A stretch of DNA of 64,000 bases from an uncultured Microbacter sp. (GCA_963678825.2 CAXXPB010000042.1:87344-151343); one strand, 5' to 3'; counted from the first letter of the stretch, positions 1 through 10,813 are shown. Translations and numbers: made by a program. The notes: generated by a model from the letters alone, not told the origin.

Positions 1-766
1 TACGAAGATTACCACCGTTAAAGTCAGCCAGGCGCAACTCAGTTTTACGCGCTTGCTGCCACAAGAAACGATTAAGTATCTTGTTGGCATTTCCCAGTCC
101 TTTTTCAATATCGTCACCGGAATGCCCACCTTTCAATCCTTTTACACTTATCTTAGCCCAAAAATAACTTTTGGGAGCCATTGCCGGTGTGTATGCCAAA
201 GTTGCTACCGTATCTATACCGCCGGCACAACCGATAAATATCTCACCATCTTCTTCGGAATCCAGATTAAGCAACACACTACCTTTCAGAGCACTGGCTC
301 CCAAAGCAGCTGCTCCTGTAAGTCCGGTCTCTTCGTCAACGGTAAACAGACATTCAATCGGACCGTGTTCTATATTTTCGGATGCCAATACCGCTAACGC
401 AGCAGCGATGCCGATTCCATTGTCAGCACCAAGAGTGGTTCCTTTGGCTTTCAACCAGTTATCTTCAATAAAAATATTTATCGGATCGGTTTCAAAATCA
501 TGATTCACATCGCTATTTTTCTCACACACCATATCAACGTGTGCCTGCAAAATGACCGCCGGTGACTTCTCTTTGCCGGCAGTTGCAGCTTTACGCATAA
601 TCACGTTTCCGGCAGAATCAACTGTTGTTTCAACACCTAACTTTTCGCCGGTCGCTTTCAAATAGGCAATAATTTTACCCTCTTTTTTTGAAGGACGAGG
701 AACCTGACGAATCTCATCAAAGAAGCTCCAAAGAAGCTTCGGTTCTAAATCATTAAATACTGACAT
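1..766 (-). CDS. pepD: Aminoacyl-histidine dipeptidase (M20C), 3' end outside window
   Basis: Manual translation from ATG at 766: MSVFNDLEPKLLWSFFDEIRQVPRPSKKEGKII...ILQAHVDMVCEKNSDVNHDFETDPI...TTLGADNGIG; not in the ORF track because truncated. Confidence 0.9.
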   Translation of the reverse strand, partial: MSVFNDLEPKLLWSFFDEIRQVPRPSKKEGKIIAYLKATGEKLGVETTVDSAGNVIMRKAATAGKEKSPAVILQAHVDMVCEKNSDVNHDFETDPINIFIEDNWLKAKGTTLGADNGIGIAAALAVLASENIEHGPIECLFTVDEETGLTGAAALGASALKGSVLLNLDSEEDGEIFIGCAGGIDTVATLAYTPAMAPKSYFWAKISVKGLKGGHSGDDIEKGLGNANKILNRFLWQQARKTELRLADFNGGNLR

Positions 767-856
767 GATCTTATTTTTTTGTTTTTTGTGTGTCTGTGAA
801 TGTTTCAGACGACATTCTATACGCAAAGGTAACAAGAATGAGTGACAAACACATAC

Positions 857-886
857 AAAAAAGCCTCCGATAATACCGGAGGCTTT
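857..886 (-). terminator. Intrinsic terminator after GT2 gene
   Basis: AAAAAAGCCTCCG-ataatac-CGGAGGCTTT hairpin with T-tract on the minus strand. Confidence 0.8.
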
Positions 887-907
887 ACATATATAAAAGT
901 AACTGCT

Positions 908-2068
908 TTATTTCCACTTAAAGATACTCTTCTTACTAAATATCTTGATATAAAGGCTTATCATTGGCAACATTATATCAAACATCAGAAGAGAAAAATA
1001 AAATTTACGTTCATCAAACTGTTTGGCTATTTTATTGACAACAATCATTTGTACTGCATAACGAGCCAAAAAGAGAAGACCGGCAACTACTCCGAATACC
1101 CAGGGAGACAATATGGCAATCGCGCAAATCAAGGCATAGAACAATCCACGTGACCCCACTTCTACACTGATACGCAGCAAACCATCTGTCTTATAGAAAG
1201 AAGAGGTCGACAAGTGTCTTTCTTTCTGTCGGAACCAGCTTCTGAAAGTAGATTTCGGAACTGACCACGTAACACTTTCTGCCGATATTTCCACCCTTGT
1301 ATTGTACTCATTAGCACCGTTATTCACAAATAAATCATCATCTCCAGACTGGATAGCAAGCGACTTTGAAAAGCCTTTCATTCGCAGGAAGGTTTCTTTC
1401 CGATAAGCCATATTTCGCCCCACACCCATGTATGGATGACCGTTAAGAGCATACCCCAAAGACTGCATCCCTATAAAAAGTGTATCGAAAGAGATCAGGC
1501 GACTCATAAAGCCTTTTTCGTGCATGTAAGCACCATACCCCAGTACAAACTCCGTACTTTGGGTGAAATTCCGTGCCATAATTTCAATCCACTTACTACC
1601 TGTAGGTTTACAATCTGCATCTGTAAAAAGCAGCACATCGAACTTTGCCGCCTTAATACCAATTGTCAGCCCGAGCTTTTTGGTGCTACGAATATTGGCA
1701 TTTTCCGGGACAAACGTGCGATAGAGATTCGGATAAGTAAGGTTTAAGTCCTGGAGCAAATCGGAAGTTTCATCGGTCGAACCGTCATTTACAACAATCA
1801 CCTCAAAGCAGGGATAATCCTGTTCCAGGATCGCGGGAAGAAACTGACGCAGGTTCTCCGATTCATTCTTTGCACAAATAATAACAGATACAGGAGGCAG
1901 ATCTTCTACAAACGGAACTATACCGTTGTCTCTTTTTTTCCTGTATTTAATAATAGATGCGAAGCGAAAACTATAATAGTAAATCTGTATTCCAAACACT
2001 ACCAACAAAACGGCCATCAAACAATAGTCGATTGCCGTCAAACGTTGTAGGGAGGCTAAAATATTCAT
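908..2068 (-). CDS. Family 2 glycosyltransferase, membrane-bound (PgaC/IcaA-like)
   Basis: VSVIICAKNE, NDGSTD, FTDAD, GDDDL and QKERH (QxxRW-like) motifs; terminal TM helices. Confidence 0.85.
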   Translation of the reverse strand: MNILASLQRLTAIDYCLMAVLLVVFGIQIYYYSFRFASIIKYRKKRDNGIVPFVEDLPPVSVIICAKNESENLRQFLPAILEQDYPCFEVIVVNDGSTDETSDLLQDLNLTYPNLYRTFVPENANIRSTKKLGLTIGIKAAKFDVLLFTDADCKPTGSKWIEIMARNFTQSTEFVLGYGAYMHEKGFMSRLISFDTLFIGMQSLGYALNGHPYMGVGRNMAYRKETFLRMKGFSKSLAIQSGDDDLFVNNGANEYNTRVEISAESVTWSVPKSTFRSWFRQKERHLSTSSFYKTDGLLRISVEVGSRGLFYALICAIAILSPWVFGVVAGLLFLARYAVQMIVVNKIAKQFDERKFYFSLLMFDIMLPMISLYIKIFSKKSIFKWK

Positions 2069-2126
2069 CTCGATTTATCTTCAGCGAATTTAATTTTTCA
2101 GTTGATTGCCTGTTCTTTCTAAATTT

Positions 2127-3284
2127 TCAATCCTGATCGGAATAATAAACTCCGGGCAATTTTCTCAGGTTATAGCGGGATGCCATAATTTCGCCATACG
2201 CACCTGCAGAACGAAGAGCAATCAAATCACCCCGTTTTGTTCCGTTGAGCATACGGGCTGTTCCAAAAGTATCGGACGATTCGCAAATCGGGCCCACAAC
2301 ATCATACGGTTCAAATGCTTCGTCGGAAGTAATATTTTCGATATGGTGGTATGCCTGATAAAGAGCAGGACGAATAAGGTCGGTCATGCCGGCATCTACA
2401 ATCGCAAATTTTTTGGTAGTTCCTTCTTTCACATAAAGCACCTTGGTGATCAGGCTACCGCAAGAAGCCACCATGGCACGTCCCAGCTCGAAGTGAAGCT
2501 GTTGACCGGGGCGCAATTGCAGATGATTGTGGAACACCTTGAAGTATGCCTCAAAATCGGAAATAGGAACATGATTAGGATGTTGGTAATTAATTCCCAA
2601 ACCACCACCTACATTGACATGTTCCAGTTTCAATCCCTTTTGTTCGAAGAAATCCTGAATTTCGTTTACACGAACGCAAAGATTCTGGAACGGGCACATA
2701 TCCGTGATTTGAGACCCGATATGAAAATGAATTCCAACCAGTTCTACATTAGTCAGGGTTTTAAGCAGATCAACCACCTTGCTCATATCCTCCATATTGA
2801 AGCCGAACTTATTTTCGTTCAATCCGGTAGTGATATAGTGGTGTGTATGAGCATCTACGTTAGGATTGATGCGCAAAACCACACGGGCTTTCTTCCCTTT
2901 GGCAGCTGCCAGTTCGTCAATTACTTCCAGTTCGGGAATCGATTCTGCGTTGAAACAGAAAATATTGTTTTCAAGTCCCAGATTGATTTCCCAGTCAGCC
3001 TTGCCTACTCCAGCAAAAACCACTTTATCGGAAGAGAAACCGGCTTTGATAGACGCTTCCACTTCGCCACCACTCACACAATCAGCGCCAAAACCGGCTT
3101 TGGCTATTGTTTGAAGAATCCGGTCGTTAGCATTTGCTTTTACCGCATAATGAACATGATAGCCATAACGTTCGGCTTCTGTTTTAGCAGCCTCAAGATT
3201 CTGCTTCAACAATTGCAAATCATAAAAATAAAAGGGTGTTTCAACCACCCTCAGTTTATCGACTGGAAAAGATCCTTTTACCAT
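2127..3284 (-). CDS. lysA: Diaminopimelate decarboxylase
   Basis: YAVKAN PLP lysine, HFHIGSQ, GPICESSD, AGAYG; downstream of aspartate kinase. Confidence 0.95.
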   Translation of the reverse strand: MVKGSFPVDKLRVVETPFYFYDLQLLKQNLEAAKTEAERYGYHVHYAVKANANDRILQTIAKAGFGADCVSGGEVEASIKAGFSSDKVVFAGVGKADWEINLGLENNIFCFNAESIPELEVIDELAAAKGKKARVVLRINPNVDAHTHHYITTGLNENKFGFNMEDMSKVVDLLKTLTNVELVGIHFHIGSQITDMCPFQNLCVRVNEIQDFFEQKGLKLEHVNVGGGLGINYQHPNHVPISDFEAYFKVFHNHLQLRPGQQLHFELGRAMVASCGSLITKVLYVKEGTTKKFAIVDAGMTDLIRPALYQAYHHIENITSDEAFEPYDVVGPICESSDTFGTARMLNGTKRGDLIALRSAGAYGEIMASRYNLRKLPGVYYSDQD

Positions 3285-3419
3285 AGATTCTATATTTTAA
3301 CATGCTAACTTACCAAACAGCGTTCTGCGAAGCTAATATGCCAATTATCAGATATCAGATTCTGTTGAACCGACTAATTGACATATTTGCTAATCTGTTT
3401 ATTAGCAAATTATTATTCA

Positions 3420-4727
3420 TTAAAAGATTAACTGTAGAGCCTGAAGTGCTTTAATCTTGTCGTCTTTTTTAACGAGGAACGAAATATTGTAGTTGCTTCC
3501 ACCATACGATACCATACGAATAGGCACATCTTTCAAAGCATTTACCACAACTGACTGCAAACCAACATATTCATAGTAAAGATCACCTACTACGCAGATA
3601 ATCACCATATCTGTATCTACCGTAACCGTACCCAATTTTTTCAGGTCGTTCACAATTTCTTCAAGATGCTTGGTCTTATCGATTGTCACAGACATACCCA
3701 CTTCCGATGTGGTCACCAAATCGACCGGAGTCTGGTAACTTTCGAAGATTTCGAATACTTTACGCATAAAACCATAAGCCAGCAACATACGGCCCGATTT
3801 GATTTTTATGGCTGTAATTCCGTCTTTTGCAGCTACTGCCTTGATTTTCCCATGTTCCGTTTCGTTTGAAATAAACGTACCCGGAGCCGTAGGATCCATC
3901 GTATTCAAAAGACGAACGGGAATATTGCTCAGTTTGGCCGGCAACACACAGGTTGGGTGAAGAATTTTAGCCCCGAAGTAGGCCAACTCGGCAGCCTCTT
4001 CAAAATGAAGATTACGAACCGGTTTGGTACCTTCCACAAAACGGGGATCGTTATTGTGCATTCCGTCAATATCTGTCCAGATCTGAACTTCTTCGGCCTC
4101 GAGAGCAGCGCCCAGCAAAGAAGCTGTATAATCACTGCCTCCACGTTGAAGGTTGTCGATTTCGCCATAGAAATTACGGCAGATATATCCCTGTGTAATA
4201 TAGATTTCCGCATCAGGATTCAGCTGCAATTGTTTTGCTGTATTTTCGCGGATATAAACATTGTCCGGTTCACCGTTTTTATCAGTCTTTACCATCTCAA
4301 GGGCTGGCAACAAAACCGATTTCACACCAATTTCTTTCAGATAGATGTTCATCATCGTAGTGGAGAGCATTTCGCCCTGCGCCAAAATAATTTTCTCTTC
4401 AAAAAGAGTAAAGATGCTTTTTGAGAAAGTACGGATGTAGTTGAGCAGTTTTTTTATTTCTGTTTCAGCTTCCAGCCTTGTTTCATCGGTAGAATAAAGT
4501 TCCTTGATTGTATTCAGATACTTCTTTTCGAGAGTATTGATAACTTCCATGGCTCCTACCGGATTTTTTTTATAGAAATAATCGGATATTTCTACCAACG
4601 TATTGGTAGTGCCCGACATAGCCGACAGGACTACAAGATTTTGATTACCATCACAAATCAACTTCGCGACATCCTTGAAGCGTTGAGACGTTCCTACAGA
4701 CGTTCCTCCAAATTTTAATACCTTCAT
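3420..4727 (-). CDS. lysC: Aspartate kinase
   Basis: KFGGTSVG, RGGSDYTA, WTDIDG, C-terminal ACT domains. Confidence 0.95.
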   Translation of the reverse strand: MKVLKFGGTSVGTSQRFKDVAKLICDGNQNLVVLSAMSGTTNTLVEISDYFYKKNPVGAMEVINTLEKKYLNTIKELYSTDETRLEAETEIKKLLNYIRTFSKSIFTLFEEKIILAQGEMLSTTMMNIYLKEIGVKSVLLPALEMVKTDKNGEPDNVYIRENTAKQLQLNPDAEIYITQGYICRNFYGEIDNLQRGGSDYTASLLGAALEAEEVQIWTDIDGMHNNDPRFVEGTKPVRNLHFEEAAELAYFGAKILHPTCVLPAKLSNIPVRLLNTMDPTAPGTFISNETEHGKIKAVAAKDGITAIKIKSGRMLLAYGFMRKVFEIFESYQTPVDLVTTSEVGMSVTIDKTKHLEEIVNDLKKLGTVTVDTDMVIICVVGDLYYEYVGLQSVVVNALKDVPIRMVSYGGSNYNISFLVKKDDKIKALQALQLIF

Positions 4728-4871
4728 TTTCTGAAAAATAGTGGTGTTCTGTTTGTTTTTGAAAAATCATGCAAATATAACTTTTTTCCCCGACTTTCAA
4801 GGCAAAAAAGTGAACAAAATTAACCGTTTAGATACCTGACAAAAGCAAATCAGATATCATACCGCCGCCTT

Positions 4872-5135
4872 TTATCCTCTTTTCAGGACATCGTCGAACA
4901 AAGCTTTCACCTCTTCCTTATAAATTCCGCCTTCATGCAGCTTTTCATCTCCGAGATAAAAAGTCGGCACATAGTAATAATCGAATGAATCGGCGCGCTC
5001 TTTTTCTACGTTTTCATCCACAACTTCGAGTTCAATTTCCTTGTATGCTCCGTCCTTTTTCAGTTCATCGATATAGCTCAGCGCCCGACGACAAAACGGA
5101 CAGGTTTCCTGTATAAATAATGTTAGTTTAGGCAT
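4872..5135 (-). CDS. Glutaredoxin/thioredoxin-like protein
   Basis: CPFC motif and YYVPTF cis-Pro segment. Confidence 0.85.
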   Translation of the reverse strand: MPKLTLFIQETCPFCRRALSYIDELKKDGAYKEIELEVVDENVEKERADSFDYYYVPTFYLGDEKLHEGGIYKEEVKALFDDVLKRG

Positions 5136-5139
5136 AAGT

Positions 5140-5312
5140 TGATTTACAATTTAAACATTTACGATTTACCATTTAGGAATCTGAAGTTCCAAGTTTCAGA
5201 TTTCAAAATTTCAGGCTGAGCTTCGATTAAAGAGTCCAAATTACAAATATCCACATTCTCAAATTATCATATTGGCACATTGGCACATTGTCAAATTGTC
5301 AAATTTTCAAAT
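5140..5312. repeat. Degenerate 7-mer and 8-mer tandem arrays
   Basis: ATTTACA/ATTTACG/ATTTACC heptamers and ATTGGCAC/ATTGTCAA octamers. Confidence 0.8.
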
Positions 5313-6476
5313 TGATTTCACCGCTTTTTCGATGCGGTTCATAGCTTCTACCACCAATGCGCGGGGGCAACCCACGTTAATGCGTTGGTGGCCTTCTCCT
5401 CCGGGGCCGAAGGTTGGTCCGTCATTCAGTCCGAGCCCGGCCTTTTCGATCATCAGCTTACGCAAAGCTTCGTTGCTCAGTCCCAGTTCCGAAAAGTCGA
5501 TCCACACCAAAAACGACGATTCGGGCATCATCGCTTTTACTCCCGGAATATTTTTCTCGCAGTAATCGACAACAGTTCGGGCATTGCCTTCCAGATAATC
5601 AACCATCTGAAGGAGCCACTCTTCGCCCTGCGTATAAGCCGCTTCTGTTGCAACAAAACCAAAAAGGTTCACATGCAGATCGACATGCTCCATCGCCATT
5701 TCAAATTTACGGCGCAAGGTCGGATTCGGAATCACATAATACGAATTAATTAATCCCGGTACGTTAAAGGTTTTGCTCGGCGACATAAACGTAACCGAAT
5801 TATCGCGGGCTGTTTCCGAAATCGAAGCAAACGGAATATGCCGCAAAGCATGATAGGTCATATCAGCATGAATTTCGTCGGAAATAATCAAAACGCCCTT
5901 CGACGCGCACATTTCGGCCAGTTTCTCAAGCGTTTCCCGGTTCCACACGCGCCCGCCGGGATTGTGCGGATGACAGAGAATAAATAACCTTGCGTTATCG
6001 CTCAACTGTTTTCCCAATAGATCAAAATCCATTTCATAACGACCATTCACCTCTTTCAAAGGATTGTAAACCACTTCACGACCGTTACCGCTGGGCACTT
6101 TGAAGAAGGGAGGATACACCGGCGGTTGCACAATCACCTTATCACCGGGTTGCGTAAACGTATTCACTGCAAAACCCAATCCCGTCACGATGCCCGGCAC
6201 AAAACCGAACCATTCTGCATCGGCTTCCCAACCGTAACGGCGCTTTTGCCAATCAGCACATATTTTTTTCAAACTGAGAGGAGGAATCGTATAGCCAAGA
6301 ATCTCGTGTTCAAGGCGTTCTTTCAAAGCATCTGTAATGAATTGTGGCGTACGGAAATCCATATCCGCCACCCACATGGGTATCACGTTCTCTGTTCCAA
6401 ACACCTTTTCTCTCAGGTCATATTTATAACAGCTTGTATTTTCTCTGTCTATTTGTTCATCAAAATTATATTTCAT
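5307..6476 (-). CDS. patB: MalY/PatB-family PLP-dependent C-S lyase (cystathionine beta-lyase)
   Basis: PMWVADMDF, CHPHNPGG, SDEIHAD, SPSKTFN motifs. Confidence 0.88.
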   Translation of the reverse strand: MKYNFDEQIDRENTSCYKYDLREKVFGTENVIPMWVADMDFRTPQFITDALKERLEHEILGYTIPPLSLKKICADWQKRRYGWEADAEWFGFVPGIVTGLGFAVNTFTQPGDKVIVQPPVYPPFFKVPSGNGREVVYNPLKEVNGRYEMDFDLLGKQLSDNARLFILCHPHNPGGRVWNRETLEKLAEMCASKGVLIISDEIHADMTYHALRHIPFASISETARDNSVTFMSPSKTFNVPGLINSYYVIPNPTLRRKFEMAMEHVDLHVNLFGFVATEAAYTQGEEWLLQMVDYLEGNARTVVDYCEKNIPGVKAMMPESSFLVWIDFSELGLSNEALRKLMIEKAGLGLNDGPTFGPGGEGHQRINVGCPRALVVEAMNRIEKAVKSI

Positions 6477-6568
6477 TGTCTTGTCTGATTTATGAAGAGC
6501 AAATTTACTCTTTTTGAACCGAAATCCTTATATTTTCGTTTGAAGCGGCTATTAATTGCAAAACGAAA

Positions 6569-6821
6569 ATGATTATTCGCAAAGTGACCGCTAAACACCG
6601 GAGGTGTTATCCCAAAAATAACGTCGGAATTTATCCCGACAAAAAAAAGGAAGTCGTATTTTCACCTAACGCTGTAAGCGTTTCCCCTCCACAGGGAAAC
6701 CGCTATGCGGTTCAGAGAACAGATTATTCCCTTTGCACTTGCACCGGGATAAATCCCAGCGTTATTTTTGGGTTACGACGTTGTCGTAAAAAGCCCCTTG
6801 GGTCATTATGTAGATGTTCAT
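6569..6821. mobile_element. Palindromic non-autonomous element (REPIN/MITE-like), family A copy 1
   Basis: Colinear with 38496-38748; imperfect terminal IR and internal GTCGGAATTTATCCCGAC hairpin. Confidence 0.75.
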
Positions 6822-6957
6822 GAAAATGAATATCGGATTTGACGCACAAATCCGGTTAAGGGTTTACTGCAAATCGGAGAGCAGCGTCAGCTAATAACCG
6901 CACATGCAATTCACGGGGTTATCATAGCCAGTCATTACATGACAAACATGCAGATAA

Positions 6958-7046
6958 AATGGCTTGAAAAACCTCATTTACATAACCACAGGTCTGCGAC
7001 CTGCGCAAAGACAACCTTCTACCGACACGACCTGAATGGTCGGACA
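6958..7046. repeat. REP-like element family C, partial copy
   Basis: Matches 40658-40746 (AATGGCTTGAAAA.CCTCATTT.CATAACC.CAGGTCTG.GACCTGCGC...CGACCTGAA.GGTCGGACA). Confidence 0.75.
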
Positions 7047-7163
7047 TGTCTTAACAACGGACACTTTCATTTTTTAATCCGGGTTCACTTTTAATCACAC
7101 AAGACGAATCATACCTTACTGTATTCCAAAAGAATATATCATGCATTAAAAATTAAACAAACC

Positions 7164-7194
7164 TTTGGGTGATACAAAAAATAGTGTAACTTTG
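7164..7194 (+). promoter_or_regulatory. Bacteroidetes housekeeping promoter for manC
   Basis: TTTG (7164-7167), 19-bp spacer, TAACTTTG (7187-7194). Confidence 0.7.
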
Positions 7195-7246
7195 CTTGCA
7201 TAACCAGCATAAAACAACAATCTTATATTCAATTGGTTAAAAAACT

Positions 7247-8320
7247 ATGGAAAATAATTATTGTATCATCATGGCAGGCGGAATCGGCAGCCGCTTCTGG
7301 CCGTTCAGCCGAAACAACCGTCCCAAACAGTTTCTCGATTTTTTTGGAACCGGTCGTTCTCTTCTTCAAATGACATTTGACCGATTCAGCAAATTCGTAC
7401 CAACACAGAACATTCTCATTGTCTCCAATGTTATCTACAAGGATCTCATACTAGAACAACTTCCCGAAATTTCAGAAAATCAGGTATTGCTCGAACCCTG
7501 CCGTCGCAACACGGCACCCTGCATTGCCTATGCCGTACACCGCATCAAATCACAAACCGATAAAGCCAATATTATTGTAGCGCCATCCGATCATCTTATC
7601 TTAAAAGAAGACGAGTTCGGAGCTACAATTCGCAAAGGTCTGGATTTTATCAAAAAAAATGATTGTCTGCTGACGTTGGGCATCAAACCGAGCCGTCCTG
7701 AAACCGGCTACGGCTATATCCAGATTGCCGATGGAAAAGGATCACTTCGAAAAGTTTTGACTTTCACAGAAAAGCCGGATTTAGAGCTGGCCAAGGTTTT
7801 TATGAAAAGTGGAGAATTTTTCTGGAATTCAGGCATATTTCTCTGGAATTTGCAAACTATCGATACTGCCTTTGAAAAACTATTGCCCGAAATGCAGCAG
7901 AAGTTTTCGCAAGGCAAAGACATTTACAACACAGACAAAGAGCAAGCATTCATCAATGACGCTTTCCCTTCCTGCCATAATATTTCTATCGACTACGGTA
8001 TCATGGAAAAAGCCGATAACGTGCATGTATTAACGGCTGACTTCGGATGGTCCGATCTGGGCACCTGGGGCTCGCTCTACGATTTATCGAACAAAGACGA
8101 TAATAAAAACGTCACCCTCAAGTGTAACGCTCAGTATTACAACAGTAAAGAAAACGTTGTAACACTTGAACCGGGCAAACTGGCGGTTATCGACGGTCTG
8201 GAAGGTTATATCGTTGCCGAATCGAACAACGTACTGCTTATTTGCAAAAAAGAGAACGAACAACATATCCGGCAATTTGTTACCGACGCACAGGTAAAAT
8301 TCAAAGATGAATATATTTAA
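7247..8320 (+). CDS. manC: Mannose-1-phosphate guanylyltransferase
   Basis: IMAGGIGSRFWPFSR, PKQFL, ETGYGYI, WNSGIF, WSDLGTW. Confidence 0.93.
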   Translation: MENNYCIIMAGGIGSRFWPFSRNNRPKQFLDFFGTGRSLLQMTFDRFSKFVPTQNILIVSNVIYKDLILEQLPEISENQVLLEPCRRNTAPCIAYAVHRIKSQTDKANIIVAPSDHLILKEDEFGATIRKGLDFIKKNDCLLTLGIKPSRPETGYGYIQIADGKGSLRKVLTFTEKPDLELAKVFMKSGEFFWNSGIFLWNLQTIDTAFEKLLPEMQQKFSQGKDIYNTDKEQAFINDAFPSCHNISIDYGIMEKADNVHVLTADFGWSDLGTWGSLYDLSNKDDNKNVTLKCNAQYYNSKENVVTLEPGKLAVIDGLEGYIVAESNNVLLICKKENEQHIRQFVTDAQVKFKDEYI

Positions 8321-8362
8321 CCCGGCAATTTGAAAATTTGGGAATTTGAAAATGTAAAAATT

Positions 8363-8390
8363 AAGCGCAAATCAATCGTATTTGCGCTTT
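8363..8390 (+). terminator. Hairpin terminator after manC
   Basis: AAGCGCAAAT-caatcgt-ATTTGCGCTT followed by T-rich sequence. Confidence 0.6.
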
Positions 8391-8485
8391 GTTCATTTTC
8401 TCGATTAGAGTATATAGTCCGATTAAGCATTTCAGGAATTTACCAGTAAAGAAGAGTGCTCGCAATAGCGCACAGAACTGTTATT

Positions 8486-8639
8486 TTCATAACTCCGTCC
8501 TTCAGGGCGGAGGCAAAAGATGAAGAGTATTTTTATGGGCTTCAGCCCTGATGATAAAAGATCGGGAAAAACGATTCAGGGCTAAAGCCCATTCTTAAGC
8601 ATAGGTCTGTTACTCCGCCCTGAAGGACGGAGTAATGAA
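8486..8639. mobile_element. REP doublet (REPIN-like), family B copy 1
   Basis: ACTCCGTCCTTCAGGGCGGAG and inverted CTCCGCCCTGAAGGACGGAGT enclosing GGGCTTCAGCCC/GGGCTAAAGCCC; matches 58068-58213. Confidence 0.8.
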
Positions 8640-8716
8640 TCTGTTTTAGACATAAACTTGATCGGCATACCATCCATCTTCAAATCCCCAAATATCCAAA
8701 TCCTCAAATTAGTTTT

Positions 8717-10813
8717 ATGAAGCAACTGATTTTTACTTTATTGATTATGACTTTATGCGCAACTCCTTCCCATGCAAAAGACGAAGCCAAGCTGATTGAA
8801 AAAAGCGACTTCAAAGTGCAGAACGGAGTGATGCCCCCCGAAGCGCTCTGGGCTCTCGGTCGTGTGGGCGATGTGAGTGTTTCGCCCGACGGCAAAAAAG
8901 TGTTGTACAGCGTGCGCTACTACAGCGTGGAGCAAAACAAGAGCAACGCCGACCTGTATATGATGAATGTTGACGGCAGCAACGTACAACGCCTTACCCA
9001 AACGGCAAAAAGCGAAGGCAGTCCGGCTTTCAGCCCCGACGGCAAACACATCGGCTTTACTTTTCCCGATAAGGATGGTAACGACCAGTTTTTCGAAATG
9101 ACTCTGGACGGTCAGGATCGCAAGCAAATTTCGTCTATCGAGGGCGGCATTGAAGGATTTAAATATGCGCCCGACGGCAAACACATTCTTTACATCAAAC
9201 CCGTCAAAAAGGAGAATCCGCACGAAAAGCTCTTTGCCGGACTCGACAAAACAACGGGCCGCGTGAACGAAGACCTGATGTACCGCCACTGGGACGAATG
9301 GGTGGATAGCTATCCTCATCCTTTCGTAGCCGATTTCGACGGCAGCAAGCTGAGCAACGACACCGACCTTTTGCAGGGCACTCAGTTCGAATCGCCGATG
9401 CGCCCGATGGGTGGCGTAGAGCAACTGGCATGGTCGCCCGACGGCAAAAAAATTGCCTACACCTGTCGCAAAAAGGTGGGCAAAGCCTACGCCCTTTCCA
9501 CCAATTCGGATATCTACCTGTACGATATTGCCGCCAAAACCACCGAAAATATTTCGGAAGGGATGATGGGCTACGATATCAATCCGGTATTCTCGTCCGA
9601 CGGCAAGAAAATTGCCTGGGAAAGCATGGAACACGACGGCTACGAGTCGGACAAATCGCGCCTGATGGTGTACGATTTTGCCACCAAAACCGCCAAAGAT
9701 TATACCCAGAAACTCGATCAGAGCGTTCACAACATCTGCTGGAGCAAGGATAACAGCAAGCTCTACTTTATCAGTCCGTTCCACGGCGTGGAAGATATTT
9801 TTGTGGCCGATGTCAAGACAAATGCCATTCGCCGCGTGACCGAAGGCGTGCATGACTATCTCTCTATCGATTTGGCAGGCAAAAATCTGATCGGATCACG
9901 CCAGTCGATGTCGGCTCCTACCGAGATCTTCTCGATCAATCCGGCCGACGGCAAAGAGGCCCAAATCTCGTTCGAGAACAAGGAGCTGATGGCGCAACTC
10001 AAAATAGCTAACGTGGAAGGTCGCTGGATTAAAACCACCGACAACAAGGATATGCTCACCTGGGTGATCTACCCGCCGAATTTCGACAAAAACAAGAAAT
10101 ACCCCACCCTGCTCTTCTGCGAAGGCGGACCTCAAAGCATGGTGAGCCAGTTCTGGAGCTACCGCTGGAACATGCAGATTATGGCTGCCAACGGCTACAT
10201 CGTGGTGGCTCCCAACCGTCGCGGATTGCCCGGTTTCGGTCAGGAGTGGCTCGAACAGATCAGCGGCGACTACGGCGGACAAAACATGAAGGATTACCTT
10301 TCGGCCATCGACGCGCTTGCCAAAGAACCGTATGTGGACAAAGATCACCTGGGATGCGTGGGTGCCAGCTACGGAGGATTTTCGGTGTACTGGCTGGCCG
10401 GTCACCACGACAAACGTTTCAAAGCCTTTCTGGCACACGACGGCATCTTCAATCTGGAACAGCAATATTGCGAAACCGAAGAGATGTGGTTCGTCAACTG
10501 GGATTTGGGTGGCGCCTACTGGGATAAAAACAACCCCACGGCACAACGCAGTTATGCAAACTCGCCCCACCGCTTTGTCGACAAATGGGACACTCCCCTT
10601 ATGGTGGTTCACAGCGAAAAAGATTACCGCATCGTGGCATCGCAGGGAATGGCGGCCTACAACGCCGCCGTGCTGAGAGACCTTCCGGCTCGTTACCTCT
10701 ACTTCCCCGATGAAAACCACTGGGTAACCAAGCCACAAAACGGAATCCTGTGGCAACGCACCTTCTTCGACTGGCTGGATAAATGGCTGAAAACGCCCGA
10801 GAACTCGAAGTAA
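8717..10813 (+). CDS. S9 family peptidase (dipeptidyl-peptidase 5-like), secreted
   Basis: Signal peptide, PD40 propeller repeats (SPDGK), GASYGG nucleophile, DYRI, DENHW. Confidence 0.92.
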   Translation: MKQLIFTLLIMTLCATPSHAKDEAKLIEKSDFKVQNGVMPPEALWALGRVGDVSVSPDGKKVLYSVRYYSVEQNKSNADLYMMNVDGSNVQRLTQTAKSEGSPAFSPDGKHIGFTFPDKDGNDQFFEMTLDGQDRKQISSIEGGIEGFKYAPDGKHILYIKPVKKENPHEKLFAGLDKTTGRVNEDLMYRHWDEWVDSYPHPFVADFDGSKLSNDTDLLQGTQFESPMRPMGGVEQLAWSPDGKKIAYTCRKKVGKAYALSTNSDIYLYDIAAKTTENISEGMMGYDINPVFSSDGKKIAWESMEHDGYESDKSRLMVYDFATKTAKDYTQKLDQSVHNICWSKDNSKLYFISPFHGVEDIFVADVKTNAIRRVTEGVHDYLSIDLAGKNLIGSRQSMSAPTEIFSINPADGKEAQISFENKELMAQLKIANVEGRWIKTTDNKDMLTWVIYPPNFDKNKKYPTLLFCEGGPQSMVSQFWSYRWNMQIMAANGYIVVAPNRRGLPGFGQEWLEQISGDYGGQNMKDYLSAIDALAKEPYVDKDHLGCVGASYGGFSVYWLAGHHDKRFKAFLAHDGIFNLEQQYCETEEMWFVNWDLGGAYWDKNNPTAQRSYANSPHRFVDKWDTPLMVVHSEKDYRIVASQGMAAYNAAVLRDLPARYLYFPDENHWVTKPQNGILWQRTFFDWLDKWLKTPENSK

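Noticed and set aside
4728-4870. Lysine riboswitch upstream of lysC
   Set aside because: The -7 box is only about 45 nt from the start codon, leaving no room for the aptamer
6569-6823. 84-aa ORF and other short ORFs at 38645-38830, 40118-40875 and 58171-58356
   Set aside because: They lie within palindromic repeat elements; not credible proteins
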